Positions 13,501-28,500 of a stretch of DNA of 64,000 nt are shown here, one piece after another. Positions within the stretch are counted from its first letter, which is position 1; every line of letters begins with the position of its first letter. The translations under genes and the position numbers were made by a program. Below the pieces are notes generated by a model. The model ran no database searches. It worked only from the letters and a program-made list of their open reading frames with translations, and had not been told where the DNA came from. The stretch is from Phoronis australis (lineage: Eukaryota > Animalia > Phoronida): contig NMRA01000148.1 in NCBI GenBank assembly GCA_002633005.1, positions 744,001 to 808,000 on the forward strand, given 5' to 3'.

Positions 13501-16500
13501 CGTACCAAAATTACAGGACTGTCCATTTCTTTAACATAGTTTCCTCTTTAAAGCATTAGAACAACGTGCTTTGGCTGTCTTCTGCTAGCAACCGAAATGC
13601 CAAGAGTGAATGAACCCAGCACGTTGCACTGATTGGCTGGCTTTAATCTAGCAACAGGAGTGCGAATACTTACACAGAGCGGTTGCACATGAGAGCACAA
13701 TACACGCTAAAGGTTTTCAGACAAAATGACTTCATCGTCAGAGTAGCTTTATCTCATAACCGAGAATGAAGGATGGTTATCAGGAAAGTTAGAGAGGTGG
13801 CTAAGCAATTCTGTAATTGCCACTTTAATCAGTCAATAAGCTGTCATAGCGAAGAAAACAATGTTTTGTCTCATCTCTTTTGTCTTGTGCAGTACATAGT
13901 GAAAAATCCTCTGGAACACAATATAGTGGATACGTGGAAATAATTTTGTCAAATTTCTCAAAATAAGAAAATTTAACTCAATGTCTTGGTTTGTATAGTC
14001 CAGCTGTCACTGAGCTAGATGTGTGTAATAGTTTGAGCACATGCAGCAATATAGCAAGCTTTTGAATATATTCAGAAATTTTCTGATAGCTATTCTTTTT
14101 GTCACAAATTGAAGAAATTTTACCATAAATGCCAAATCATGGAGATTTTGACAATTTTTTCCTTTTCCACTTGTTAGGATGACTTCACGGGTGATGACTT
14201 TGCCAGCATGCCAGCACCATTGTTGTATTCAATGTTCAAACAGAAGACTACCTTCCCGCTACACACAGCCATACGAGCGAAGCGAGAAGATGTTGTGTTT
14301 CTCTACCTTATAGAGTATGATTCACAGGTAACATCGTTGCGGGCGGGGCTGATCAACCACAGGGATAATTGTAGAGAAATGAAATTGCATGTCTTTTAGG
14401 GCTTCAAACAGTAAGAATAGTTTTTCTGTTATACTCGTGAGATATTGAAATTGCTAGATGATGATTGGGTATTTGGTATCACCTGTGACTTTAAATGGTG
14501 CTTTAAAGTAGAAGGATTTCACAGCGTTCGTTTATAATTTCTTTGGAGTATTCATTAAAATGATTCTAAACACACAAAAATAGAGTGCAAAATGTTGATT
14601 ATTGAAAGAAATTGCATTTCCTCTTTGTCATCATGGCCCAATGTGGACTTGAAATTTGGTCAAGTTACTTTCACGTTGTCACAGTGCTGAAGAGTTGTAT
14701 GTTGGATGTTTGTTGTTAGTGTGAGATTACATGGTTTGGATCATAATTGTTCAATTGCTGAATGGATCAGCAATTGTTCCTGCCGTGATTCAGCACGTTT
14801 TTTGTCAAAATAGATGTTCAGGGCCCGTTTCATGAAAAGTGCCCTAAGACTTGAGTCAGAAATTTGGTCTTGCGATCCACTTAGCTATTTTTGAAGTATA
14901 ATTAAAATTAACTTAGCAAAAGTACAAAGTGTCTGGAATATATTGATAATTGCCAGTCATGGATCTTTTTAAAAAATATTTCTAGACTGTGATGGTTTCA
15001 TTATTTATTACTTTGTTAAACGTTTTTCAGGAATTGTTAAGGTGGGAGCGTAAGACCAAGTTTCTGTCTTAAGTCAGTTTCATGGATTAGGCCCCAGGAA
15101 TAAATAATCCTGTCTTTTGTATGCACTTGTGGTGGCAGTGGGGCTTGCTGATAGTGTTGCTGCCTCCCAATCTATAAATCACGTATTCAGATCCCACTGG
15201 ACAACTCTGCTGAACCCTTGAGTATTGACTCCTCCGTCTCTCTTTTTGTTTGCATTATTTATTCTGTGTGAATGCATTGTAGTATATTGTGTACTGTCTG
15301 GTTGTAACTTGCTTGGACTATGTTCCGATTTTGCGTGCTCATAGTTTGAAAACCAGTTTGATATCTATTATTCAGTGGTCAGAGAAAACTGGTCCTCAAA
15401 ATTTGGGCACATTGTATCTGACAATAATCACTTGCTTGACAATAGAGGACTGCCTTGTAAATTAGCCTGTGGCTTACACATGTAATGTATCCTCTGTACG
15501 TAAAGTCCATGGGGTCTGTTTCATGACAAGTGACTTAAGATAGCAATTTGGTCTTATGCTCTCACCTGACAATTGCTGAAGAAAGGCTTAGCCATAACTG
15601 AGCGCATCACAGTCTAGAAATGATTTATAGAAACTACAGTTCTCAGAAACTTGTAGTTTTGTGTATATTCTCTGAGGCTGTACCTTTGCTCAACAGAGAT
15701 TTAATTATTGTGTAGAGGGTAAGACCAAATTTCTGTCTTAGTCACTTTTGAAAAAATAGACCCCAATGCTAAATGCTATACAATTTGTTTCATGGTGATT
15801 TAAGATCGGCTGCCAGTCCAATCTGTGGTGGGTCTCTAATTTTTATTCCTCATTAAGATGAGCACCATGGTGAAGCTCAACAAAAAATTAGTGCTTCTTT
15901 GCTTACTCTTTTCTTTTACCTGCCGAAGTTCTATTTTCATTGCTTGACAATGAAAGTTGTCTTGTGTTCTCTTTATTTAGCTTCCCGGTAAACTGAATGA
16001 GATTGACAACCATGGTGACCTGCCCCTTGACCTTGCCTTGACCCTCAAACAGGAGAGTATTGCACAAACATTGGTTAAACACAGGGTGAACATGAACATG
16101 ACAGACAACTCGGGCAAATATCTGCTGCACAAGGCTATAAAGAGAAGTGCGTTTGTTAAAATTTTGTAATTTTATAGTCTGCATGAGATAAACAAAGTCA
16201 ATATTCTGTATTAGCCAAGTCACACAACATGGCATAATATCTGTGGCATGAAACAGTAAAGAGAAGTTGGGATTTCTTCATTGTGATTGCTGTTTTACTT
16301 TGGTTATAGTACAAGTTGATTACATTTTCTTAATCTCACATTCATAAAAAAGATGAATTTTGGGATCAACTGTTTACTGGAATAGTAAGACATTACCGGA
16401 ATTTAATGGCATGTACTGGTGAAGTGCAATCCTTTGTTTAGTGTGTTACCTCACATCAATGTTGATTAATGTCTTACCGGAAAATTTCCTAGGTGATGAA

Positions 16501-19500
16501 TTCTCAGCCAAGTTCATCATTGAAAACAATGCTAATGTCAATGCCATGACTCATCTCGACAAAGAGACCGCCCTGCACATGGTTGCATCTTTCAACCCTG
16601 AGATAACGCCACCAGATGTCATGACAGGCATGGCCAACATTGCCCAGCTGCTGCTAGATAGAAGTGCTGACGCCAATGCGCAGGATTCAGCAGGAAGGTT
16701 AATTGAGTTTTTGTATTTGTCGGTGCTTGTACATCACATTAGTGCAGAAATTGTGTGTTGATTAAGATGTGGTCTTTTTGATAATGTGTCAAAAATATTT
16801 TAACATCCAGGAATAGGTTTATGTATTATACTTTACTTATGGGCACCGAAATGGTCATTCTCTTCTGGTTTAATACTCTTGTTTGGTTAAACGGCCATCT
16901 CTGAATTTTCCACATTTTCACATTTCAGCAACCTTGCTTGAATATATTCCCAGCCATTAGTTATGCAGCCAAGTCTCGTGATTCCTAAAATCACATCTTT
17001 GTAAATGCTCTCTTTAGCTAAATGAACTAGGTGAATTTGTTTAATTGCCTTTTACTCATAAGAAGCTCCTTGTCAACATTATGCAATGTGACTACTTGAC
17101 GTGCATGTGACTTCACATGCGACTCATTGATTGTTGAAAACCAATACTGCAGGTGGTCTGATACACATTGCATCATATGTGCACATGCTGCTCATCGTGG
17201 CCCATTGCACAAAAAAGCTGAAACCATTTTTTATGCGCCCACATATTTATATGTGGACGCATTATGCCGTCATCTCTGTCCGTCCGTCCGTCCGTCCGTC
17301 CGTCCGGCGTCCGGCGTCCGCGGCTCTATCTCCAAAACCCTTTGACATACGTTCATGAAATTTGGCACATATGTTCCATTCATGAATGGGACGGCATGTG
17401 CGAACTTTCGGACGGATCCGACTACCGGTGTGCCCCCTAGTGGCAATTTTAGTTTTTTACGCTTACCTTTGTATCTTCAAAAGTCCTGAACGGATTTTCA
17501 TGAAATTTGGTATGTAGGCACCTATTAGTGAGATGACGCTATCCTACTGTTTTCAGATGGATTCGACGTAGTTTGCGCCACCTAGTGGCCATTTTTACTG
17601 TTTTCGAGTCTGTATTTTTGCGTCCACCCCTCTATCAACCAAACCGCTCAAAGGATGATTGTGAAAATTGGCGTGTATGTGCTTACTATAAGGAAGACAG
17701 CTGACAATGATTTTCAGACGATTTGGACTACTGTGGCGCCTCCTAGTGGCAGTTTTGTTTTTTTGCGCCCATGGCTGTATCTCCCAAACCGTTTGCAGGA
17801 TCTTTACTAAATTTAGCAAGTGTATTTATGTGATGTTGACAACGGACGATGACGACTTTAGGATGATTCTGATTACCGGTATGCCTCTAGTGGCAATTTT
17901 AGTATTTGCCTCTAGTGGCAATTTTAGTATTTTACATTGACCTCTGTATTTTCATAGGTCTTCAGGTGTATACTTTGTGTTACTTCGTGACTGTGAAGGA
18001 AAAGTTCCAAGTAGAAATTTGTTTCTGGCATTCTAATGCTGTGCTAATCTCGTATGTTGGTAAATTTGTTTTTAATTCTATGTTTCTGTGGTGCTTTAAG
18101 CAACTGGTGTATAGGATGTGCTTGTATTATGAAGATTACTCACATTTTGCCCCTAGCCTATTGAGGAGACAAGGACCATGCCTTTCCATTTTGCAAAGTA
18201 TGCCCTCTACTGGCCACTTTATGGTACCAATAAACAACCCTAGAAGGATACCGTATGCGGTGCAATTGTGGGCGCATTTCAACGCTCCGCGTTGCTCTTG
18301 TTTCATTTATCAACATATAACACATGTACAAATTAAAACCCCCCTGAGGAGCACGAAACGCAACTCAAGAGTCTAGTGGGATATTAACCCACAACCTTGA
18401 TAACAGGAGGTGGAAACTCAACCCACTAGGCCACACTGACTCTACCCCTTCACTTTTAGTTGCTGTGCTCAGCTCAACCTGCCCCCTGTTTTGAAATTTT
18501 CCATTTGTATGCCACGAGTATTTATACCAAGCTCCTATTGGAAGTATGGTATGTTCACAGCACTCCTCTCCACCGAGCAATATCAGCCAAAAATGAGGAG
18601 GTCTTCACCAAATTCCTGCATCACCAACGTCTCGACCTTGAACTCCAGAATGCGGACGGTGAAGCACCACTCTGGCTTGCTCTCAAGTTCACGGATCAAG
18701 GTTACAGTGACACCAGTATGGCTGCAAGACTGATCACCAGGGGGAGCTCTGCAGACGCCATCAATTCAGACACAGGTAATGACAGGATATACAGATGAAT
18801 GTAGGAAATATAGACGACTTGCTTTATTCAAAAACATGGAAAACGGAAAAAGATGAACAACAATAAGTAACTGGCATGAATGAGAACCCAAATAGTGTGC
18901 AGTCATGAATTTCACGACTCGGTAGATTTTCCATTTTGCTGTTTAAGCCAATATGCATTGAAACAACTCTCTCCTTTTCATTGAGCAACTTAATTTTTGT
19001 AAGTAATAATTTTCTCTTATCACGGCCAAAGATTTGAAAATACCTTGACAGATTCGCTTAATGTGTTGATCACAATAAATTCGACAGATGAGACATTGTG
19101 TCTGTTGATGCACACACCCAGAGCCCAATGTATGTTTCTCAACAGTTAAAGCAAGGAATATCATATGCCACACCACATTTACTTGAGTCTTCAATTTAAA
19201 GTACACAAGGATGACGTGACTAGAAAGGCCGGCACTAGACAGCACCGTAAACGGTCAAAAGTTGTTTTTGATAAGTTTGCAGTCACTGATCATGTGTTTG
19301 TTAACAACCATGTAATAGACCAGGATAACATAAAAATGAGAGACTCAGACTAACGTTAAGAAACATGCAATAAAAGAAGTGATTTCCATCAGAAAAACTG
19401 TGCAAAAGATTAACACACACTGTGTCACTTCTACGATGACTCCTAGTGATAGATAATGGTACTACACATCCTCACCACATCACAACGTGTCATCTGTTGA

Positions 19501-22500
19501 ATTTATTTTGATCAAGCTGAATGACATTCGGTGAAACTATCAAGGTATTTTCACATTTTTGGCCTTGATAGAAAATTATTACTTACATGAACCCTACCAG
19601 TCAACAGAACCTATTTAGTGAACTTAATTCTTGCTTTTGTGAAACCCAAGCTGGTGTTGCCTCTCGATCGTCAGTGATAATACTCTGCACAATTGTGATC
19701 CAATGTGACTGACTGGAGTTGTGAATACAGTAAAATCTCACCACTTTAGAACAAAAATAATTTGCAAAAATGTCCTTTCATTTTTTGTGAGCTTGTAACT
19801 TTGTTTTGAATGCCCGTCATTTTTCAAAACTTTGTCAGTTGCTGTTTACAAATTAAACTTAAATGTGGAAAAGCATTCAGTGTGGTGCTGCATATATTTC
19901 ATGGAAAATGACAAAATGAAATTTCTCTTGTCGATGAGATGTTACCCTAATGGAATTAAAATGATGGTTTTTGTATTATTTCCGCGAGACATAGAACTTG
20001 ATTCTTACGCATTTACTCAATTTAGTTTCTAAAAAATTATTGTTTCCTCTGTCATCTCTTTTATCAAAAGTTTTCATAAAAATCCTCTTCTAAGTAGTTA
20101 TTGTCATCATTTCAGGTGACAGTCTGTTGCATCTTGCCACCAGAGGGAAGATGGAACCAGCTGCGTTGTTTCTTGCTGAACACGGAGCTCAAATCAATCT
20201 GGCGAATAAAAAGGTAAGCTTGTCACCATTAACACACAATACTCATTCACTTCCCTCTGCAGTAGTGCCACCTCTGGAAGAGAGTGACCTTATAATGGAT
20301 GATGAGCTACACTCGGGAATCTGTGTGTGGGTTTCATTGAATGCGTCTCGGTTTGAATGCTTGTTCAAATCCTATGATCCAGGAGTAAAATGTTTTGTTG
20401 TTTTATCTGACAAAAAAATTGTATGGAACATGTCAATGTAGTCTATTCCTGTTGCAGCAGTTTGAAGACACAGTGGATTTCTCAGTAGATTTAGCAATTT
20501 TCTCATGCATTTGTCAACATCAGCCAATTGAAATGTTCAAAATCATGTTATTTTTCAACCAATCGAAATGTCGGAATCTTACTTTTTGAAACAAGAAGCA
20601 CAGTGAAGTGCTTCTTACTATATTTTAATTTTGTTTTAAACCTGCAATAAGCATTGAACTTTCCCAGACAGGTTTTTCTTCAAGTTTCAAAAGTTCAAAA
20701 ATTAGAATGTAAGTTCTTAACCTGCTTCACCTTGCTAATTTCTGATTTAACATTTAATTTTAATTCATTCTTGTTCAGGGTGAGTCCCCTCTTCACCTGG
20801 CTAGTCAAAATGGACTGCCCCGTCTAGTCCAACTGCTTCTGGTCAACGGCTCCAACCCCAATGCACAGACACTGGCGCCATCTAGTGAAACGCCTAACTT
20901 CTCACAAATGAACATTGTTGACTCTGGTGAAGAGAATCGTGCAGTGTATAAGCAAACACCGTTACATTTAGCCATCGCCAATAATCACGAAGGTGTTGTT
21001 AAAGTTTTCCTTCAACATAAAGGTATAGTATTTGTGAATAGATAGCCTCGAAAGCACGTAAAAAGCATGACTGTTTGATTTAACAAACATATTTACTGAA
21101 TTTTGTAAACAGATTTTCAATCAGAAATTTCACATTCATGATATTTTTTGAAAATTCCATTTTTATTTGAGTACTCTCCTAACTGTGTCAATTAGAGACT
21201 TCACACAAGTACAATCAATATTTTTACATACTCTCGGTTAACTGTAATTCTCCACTTCTCTTGCACAAAAATAATTGCTAAAATGGCGGTTTTTCAATTT
21301 TCAATGGCTGAATACATTTTTGCAAATAAGGGGACCTTTAGCAAATGTTTTTTCGTGATATCTACAAACTACAAACCTTGCTTATGATAGACTACAATAT
21401 TCTTAATCTTTACTTTTGTGGAGACATTTTGTCGGCCACATCGTGTGCTAAATAAGTGAAAATTTACCATAAGTTTTGAAATTTGGTACATTTGCTCCAA
21501 AGGCTCTATGTTCTTTCCTTTAAAACACCTTGTTTGCAATTGATTGTTAAGTTTGCGAATGGGTGGCTACAAGATGGTCCTGGACATCTGGAGCATTGCA
21601 AGTCAGGCCAGCCAACCAGCGAAAAAATCATACCCAGTTGTCTCCCAACTCATCCTCGATATGTCTGCTTTGTCTATTTGACGACCTGAATTGTACTACT
21701 GTGCATTCAACTTCATTTCAGCTGCCACTACAAGTGCCACAGACAATTTGAAGATCCTACCCAACTTCAATCTGAAAGACTCTCAGGATCAGACAGCATT
21801 GGGAGTTGCACTGTGGACTGGCATGCATGCCATAGCGACATCGCTTATCACCGGTGGTGCAAACATTAATGACGTCAACGCGGATGGGATGACACTTCTA
21901 CATCAGGCTATCATCAAGCAAGACGGCAGAAGCGCTCTATTTCTGCTGGAACACCAGGCTGACATCAATACAAAGTAAAAACCAACTTGCTGTTTTCTAG
22001 TCCCTAGGAACTTACTTGTTCTCTATTTTAGTTTAAATGTTGGTGGGAGTAAATGGATTCAATTATTTGCACAAATTTGTCTATAAAATGGACAGATAGG
22101 TGAAATGAATCATCAGTTTTCTTTTCATCATCATTTTATGAAGTGGGTAACCCTGTTTTGACAGCATTTTGAGTTATGTGATGCTGAGAAATTGTTGAGC
22201 TTTTGAAATCAGTATTTGAAATGGTTATGACAAGTTTCTGTGTTCAGCCAGATTTCTACTCTGTAAAAGTGCAATATTTTCTGAAAGTAGAAAGTTTTTA
22301 GAATTTCACTTTTATCTTTTATCAATCTGCCGTTAATTGGGTGACTGTTTTTTAACAAAATATATGAAAAAGATACATTTGTAGCAAACCAATGGCATGA
22401 ATAACATTAACAAATTTTGTTTGATATAAATATTCAAGATGAAATCTCAAAAAGCTGTTGCAGTTTTGTAAGTTGTCATTTCATTTTCATTTCATGTAAC

Positions 22501-25500
22501 TTTTAATTTTTTCATAAAAATCATAACATAAAAGTCTTATTTTTGATATCCTCTCTTGCAAAGATGGATTATTTTAAAAACAATTATTAACAACATTTTG
22601 GAGAACCAGTGCATAAAATATAGTATTTGAAAGTTTCATTTTATTATGAACAATCATTTTTGAATTTTGATGTTCTGAAGTTAACCAAATTTGGAATTTT
22701 TTGGGGTCTTGCATAAACTTGATGCTGTTTTAACCTGCTACTAGGTCACTTAAAACTCACAGATCTCTCTAAAGTTTGGAGCTAGTGTGGAAATTTGTTA
22801 CAAAGCAATTCTAAATTCTGGATCATTTCTAATTAAGTTTAAGTGGTTACATCCTCCTCAAACCAGATGTTCTGAAGTTAACCAAATTTGGAATTTTTTG
22901 GGGTCTTGCATAAACTTGACGCTGTTTTAACCTGCTACTAGGTCACTTAAAACTCACAGATCTCTCTAAAGTTTGGAGCTAGTGTGGAAATTTGTTACAA
23001 AGCAATTCTAAATTCTGGATCATTTCTAATTAAGTTTAAGTGGTTACATCCTCCTCAAACCAGCTGCAGAACCCACTTTGTGATGTAATGGTCATGTTGA
23101 ACAATGTTTTCAGCTCTCATGAGAAAAACCACAAAGGCAATTGCTATTGCCATAGGCAGAGGTGAATTCTGTAAAAGCGCAAAGTATGTCATGAGAAATC
23201 TTTGCTTGTGGAACGTAAACGGTGAATTTTTACGTGTAATGCAACACTCCTGCCTTGCTAACCAATCATTGCACTGGCGGCCAATTTGCTAGTGTATGCT
23301 AGTCATGTCTCAAGCTTACACGGTCTCTTTAGATCTTGCTTTTCTCTCAAGAAACTTGAGTGATATAACCAAAGTGCAGGGTGTTTGTTATCCGTACATT
23401 GTAACAATACCCAGAGAGCTGGCATATTTTTCAATTGTCAAATGATAGTAGACCTGGGATGATGTTTTTTCTTGTTTGGTTAAGAACTTCTCCTCAGAAA
23501 CTGAAAAGCTGAGATTAGGATTTTGAGTAGAAAGTAAAATCCTTCGCAAGCTGTCAGGCTCATTGGTAACCATAGTTGTTGAATGAAGCATGATTGAGTG
23601 GATTAAAGTGCTATCAACTCCCAGTGTCTGGTACGCACTTATATGCCTGAGTCAACTTAAGCAATGCAGATTAAGCGCCTTGCTCAAACTCGTTGATTTG
23701 ACTGCAACGGCTGTAATTTACTTAGCAGAGAGTGCAACACAATCACTACTGAGACACACACATGTACTGCAATGATTTTGTCTACAGTTACGGTTGCTAT
23801 GAATCTGCTGTGTTCAAAGAAAGAATGTCTGATATAGACCACTGATCATCGCAAAAGTGATCAAAAGTGTTGTCTGGTGTTGCAAAGAACTGACCTTTCA
23901 TTATTACTTGAGTTCATGTTCAGTGCATAAAATGTCCCTCCATGTCAAGCTAACGTCATGAACTTGGGCTGTAGCAGCGATGAACTGAGAGTTCTTCCCA
24001 AACCCAAAAATAACTTGTAATCTTAGAAGAGGATAACTTAGACCAGTTGTATTATGGTAAGTGGACTGAATCAATTGTTTGCTGTTTAAGTGTCATGTAG
24101 ACAAACATTTCTATTTCTGTGCAGAACTCGCTCAAATGACACTCCTTTCCAACTGGCCATCAAGAGTAAGCTGCCAGATGTCGCCGCCGCTCTCTGTTCA
24201 CGTAATGTAGACATGAACGTGATGGACGAGGACGGCAACTGTCCTCTGTGGCAGGCATTGGAGATGGGACAGGAAGACATTGCATCGATTATGGTAAGTT
24301 CAATGAAACATTGACTTGTAATGTCTAATAATAGTAATGGGACTTTGGTGTCAGAATTTTGCAAAATCAACTTCACCAAAAAGGTTGACTCAGGCCTTCT
24401 ACAGCCCTGTTGCATTGCAGCAGACTCTGCTTTAAATTCACTGCACATACCCAGTAGTCTACTGGCCTGTTTGCGGAGTTTTTCAAGTGTTTCAGTGTTT
24501 TCATTGTCAATTTAGGTAATTGGTCAACACTTTATTACCCTTTATACCTACGTGGCCCGTGATCCAGGCAACTGTGATGCAATTATATTTTAAATCTAAA
24601 ATTATTAAATTAGTGTGTGGACAATATGTAATTTCATAACAGCATTTTTATGGCTTTAATAGCTGCCTGGCTAGTTGACAGGGCAGCTGTCCTGTGTTTT
24701 GTGAGTCAGACATATAGTAGGTTGGGAGACGTATTGACTCTATGGTGCTAAGTACGATAATATTTCATCAATTTGATATTTAAAATGAGGGTGACATCTT
24801 CAGTGATAGCACTGCTTTCCAAGAAGGCCCTCAACAACAAAAACAGTAATATAATACAATGAAGTAATAAAACAACAATTAAATATACATGAAAAAGATA
24901 CAATTAAAACAGGTTGAGAATTAAGACAATAAATAAATGACAAACAATGGTGAAAGGCTTCAAGCATTGTTGTGAAAGTCCACAATTTCTCAAATCATTC
25001 TCTGATAGTAGCTAGGCTATGAAACTTAGAAATTGCATAGCATTTATTTGGTTCTGGTAATCAGTAATTAGTTGCGGCTTTTTCAATTTTACATGGTAAT
25101 TACATAATATCAATTTGGTTAGTGCTGGCTGAAAATCTTGACCTTTATCTATTAAGTGGTTCTGAATAGTGTGTTGTCTTCGATTGCAACAAACACATCA
25201 ATTATCTGACAACCTTTCTATGTTACTTAAAGTCCAGTGGCACTACTTTCATCCATAGGTGATCAGGGCGGGTAAAGATTTATAAATGTTTGGGGCAACA
25301 AAAGGTCAGGTAGATTGTAGTCTTAAATAATGCAATAAAATAAATCAGTCGTACACTGTTTAACCCACACAAGCTGAACCTCTTTTTGTTGTTGTTAGCC
25401 TTTCAAAACAACAAGTTAATCCCGAGTTAGAGACATTTGCGGTGAGATCTTGCCAAGCGTGATTACGCGTAAGCATTACGCACTACTTCTGATTTCCCAA

Positions 25501-28500
25501 CTGGCAACTATGAATGCTTCTTACCAGTTGGGATTGCAATAACCATTTACCACAGCGCCTGGACTTTCATGGCTGTCTTCTTTTTTTAGATGGATTAGGA
25601 AACAGGGATGGTGTCAGTGATGACTGCTGTCTGGTTGTGGCAAGATTCTTTACCATCCATTTCAGACTTTGCGGATTGTAAAAACTAAATCCATCATGAT
25701 AAATTGAACTTTTTCATAGTTTGAACAGCACAAATGAGTTAACTACAATGATTGACATTGCAACTACACTTCCTTTATTGATATGTCTCGGCCTATATTG
25801 TACAATCTGCCTGAGCAACACAATGGTGTGACTTGACTTGTGTACATCTCTGCTTATGGGAGTGATTTTTGTACCTCCAAATAATGCAGTGAAATTCGAA
25901 TGGGGGAGTATGTCATGGATACTTCAGCACACCTCTGATGCGTGTCTCACTTTAGAATCACAAGTTCAATGCTTTACTCCAGTCTAACTTGCTATGATGA
26001 TAGGCATCTCATTCAGTCACAATCTTCTGACCTGTAGATTCTGGTTGTGTTTCATGAAAAATGTCTTAAAGACTTAAGTCAAAAGCTTCACAATTATTAC
26101 TCAATAAATATTAGCCTTGGCGAAGCACATCTTAGCCTTGAAATAGTTTTTGAGATTATCTCTGTAATTAGCAGTTATGGGTACATTCTCAGAAACTTTT
26201 ATACATTTGCTCATGTGAGATTTGCTTCAGAAATAGTTCTTTGTGAGTGCAAGACCAAATTTCATGAAACGTCTTGGACTACATGTCATAAAGCAAGGAA
26301 AGTCATACAAGTGAAAGGCAAACGTTAAATGAGTAAGCTTTGGACCTTATTCGATTACATTAGCAAAATGGAGGCCGCTAAAGTACTTGGCTGATGAGGC
26401 CCCTGAAATGTTGCGTTGTGGGATAAAATTCACTGGTTTCATTCCATGCGTGAAAATTTCTCGCTGCTAGTGCATCAAGAGTGTCTCGTGTTTATGGAAT
26501 GTTCCCCAGGTTCCATCAAGTGAGGGTCACAGACTTTGTTTGCTATGTTCTAGGTGCAACATAACTGTGACACGAACATGTGGGGTGCCGGTCCTGATGG
26601 GTGCTACCAGACACTGCTTCACCGTGCCTTGGACGAGAACAATGAACCAGTTGCATGTTTTCTTATTCGAAGGTATTGACAGAAATGTTTATCCCTCCTT
26701 TTAGACACTTGATTTTAAGTCTTGTTTATTATACGAACTGAGAATGGGTATTATTGGTTTGCAATATTTTTAAAACTAGCATTATATTGGATTGAGCTAA
26801 GTCTTGACTGAATGTTTATTGACCTGTGAAATGGCAATCCCATCTTTGCAACAGACCCTGAAACAAATTAATTTTACAAACTGAAGAGGCACGGTTTCAT
26901 TCAAAGTGTGACTATACATTCTTTTGGAGGCCCAGAAAAATACAACTTCTGCGTAAGATGATCAAATTTCAGTTGGTTTTATGTTCCCAAAATATTGTTT
27001 ATGATCTTCTCTTCAGACATAGCACAACAGAGCAAAACTACTGTAACATTGTTTTAAAGCTTTCATTTAACTGTTGAACGATGTTGTCTGACCAATGCAA
27101 ACAAAAAACGTCACTGAAATACCTGTGTGTCTGTAAGTATAACCATGCTAGTTACGAGCTCAGGATTTCCTCAAGGACTTTCACTCTAAATTCTATTGTT
27201 TTCATGCACTTCCAGTGGCTGTGACATCAACAGTCCGCGTAGACCCGGCCCCGGTGGAGCAGGAGGGGATGAGGCCAACGATCAGCAGACTCCACTGCAC
27301 ATTGCTGCCACCTGGGGACAGCAGGCAGTGGTGCAGTGTCTCGTTGAGTTCAATGCCGATATCAATGCTCAGGTGAGTGTAAATTGAGAGGAGTTTTGCA
27401 GAATTTTGCTGATTAGTTGTTAGATTGCTTCAATTTAGAACACACTGTGGCCAAGAAGTAGATTATTTTGTTACATTTCTTCATAAAAATGCATCAAATT
27501 TCATTACTTCACTGCTAACAATTTGTATTATACAGCTGTTGGCCAAGCAATGTTTAGTATAGGTGTGAGCTTTTGCAACACTGTAACACTGGCCTTTAAA
27601 AAAGTGAGAAAATGGCAATTTTGAGCGATTGTGTTTAGCCCAAACTGAAGAATTTCTCACCATTAAAAGATTGTACTTTTGTCTAATACTGTACTCTGCT
27701 TACTTCAGCTTTTCTGTTAGTTTCTTTATGAAATCATTTGTGTATCACAGCTTTTTTGCGTACCCATTTGCAAAAACTTCCTGCTTGGATAAGCATATAG
27801 TAAACATTCTAGACATTTTTATATGCCATTCATGTTTGCAAATTGTGTGACTTGAAGCTGTTATAGAGCAGAAGGATGTTGAAAGTACGTAACGTTGGTA
27901 CATAAATGTCATTTGTTAAGGACCGCAGCTAAAAATACAAATTATGTGATAAAATTCAAATGAACTGCAAAGATGGGCACAAAAACTGCCAGCCATGATA
28001 CGCCCATAACATCTGACCAAAGATTTCAGTTTGATTACTGAAACATTTTGTCTTAAATAATTCAATTTAGGATGCTGACGGCAACTCTCCGTTACACGTG
28101 GCTATTCGTAACCAGTATCCAGAGGTTACCGCACTTGTGATGTCTCATCCAGGACTCAACTTGGCCATTCGTGACAAGCAAGGCTGGACGCCATTTGCAA
28201 CTGCCATGATGACCAAGAACAACAAAGCTGCTCAAGCAATTTTGGACAGACAGCCCTATGCTGCTGAGCAGGTAGATATGACTGCAAGCAGACTGACTGA
28301 GATGTAGCGTGCAACTGTGATCAAGTTCAAGAGATTTTCCTTTCCCTTTGACATCTTAATTATGCTTGCTCATTTGCGTAAAACAGTCCCAAATAGGGAC
28401 TCAACTAAGTTCCCTAAATCTTTTGCTTACTTATGTCGTTCTTTATTCACAGATTTAATCTTTTTCATCTGTCATTTTATCTTTGTTTTGAGCTCCTCTT

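Noticed and set aside
15128-15225. tRNA-like segment
   Set aside because: Only degenerate A/B-box resemblance and no cloverleaf; at most an old SINE head
15903-16235. Minus-strand ORF over an ANKFY1 exon (likewise 24086-24448 and 32695-32940)
   Set aside because: Antisense shadows of real exons
26391-26412. CTGATGA...GAAA as a hammerhead or C/D snoRNA motif
   Set aside because: No adequate stem II or flanking stems, and no paired C/D boxes with a terminal stem
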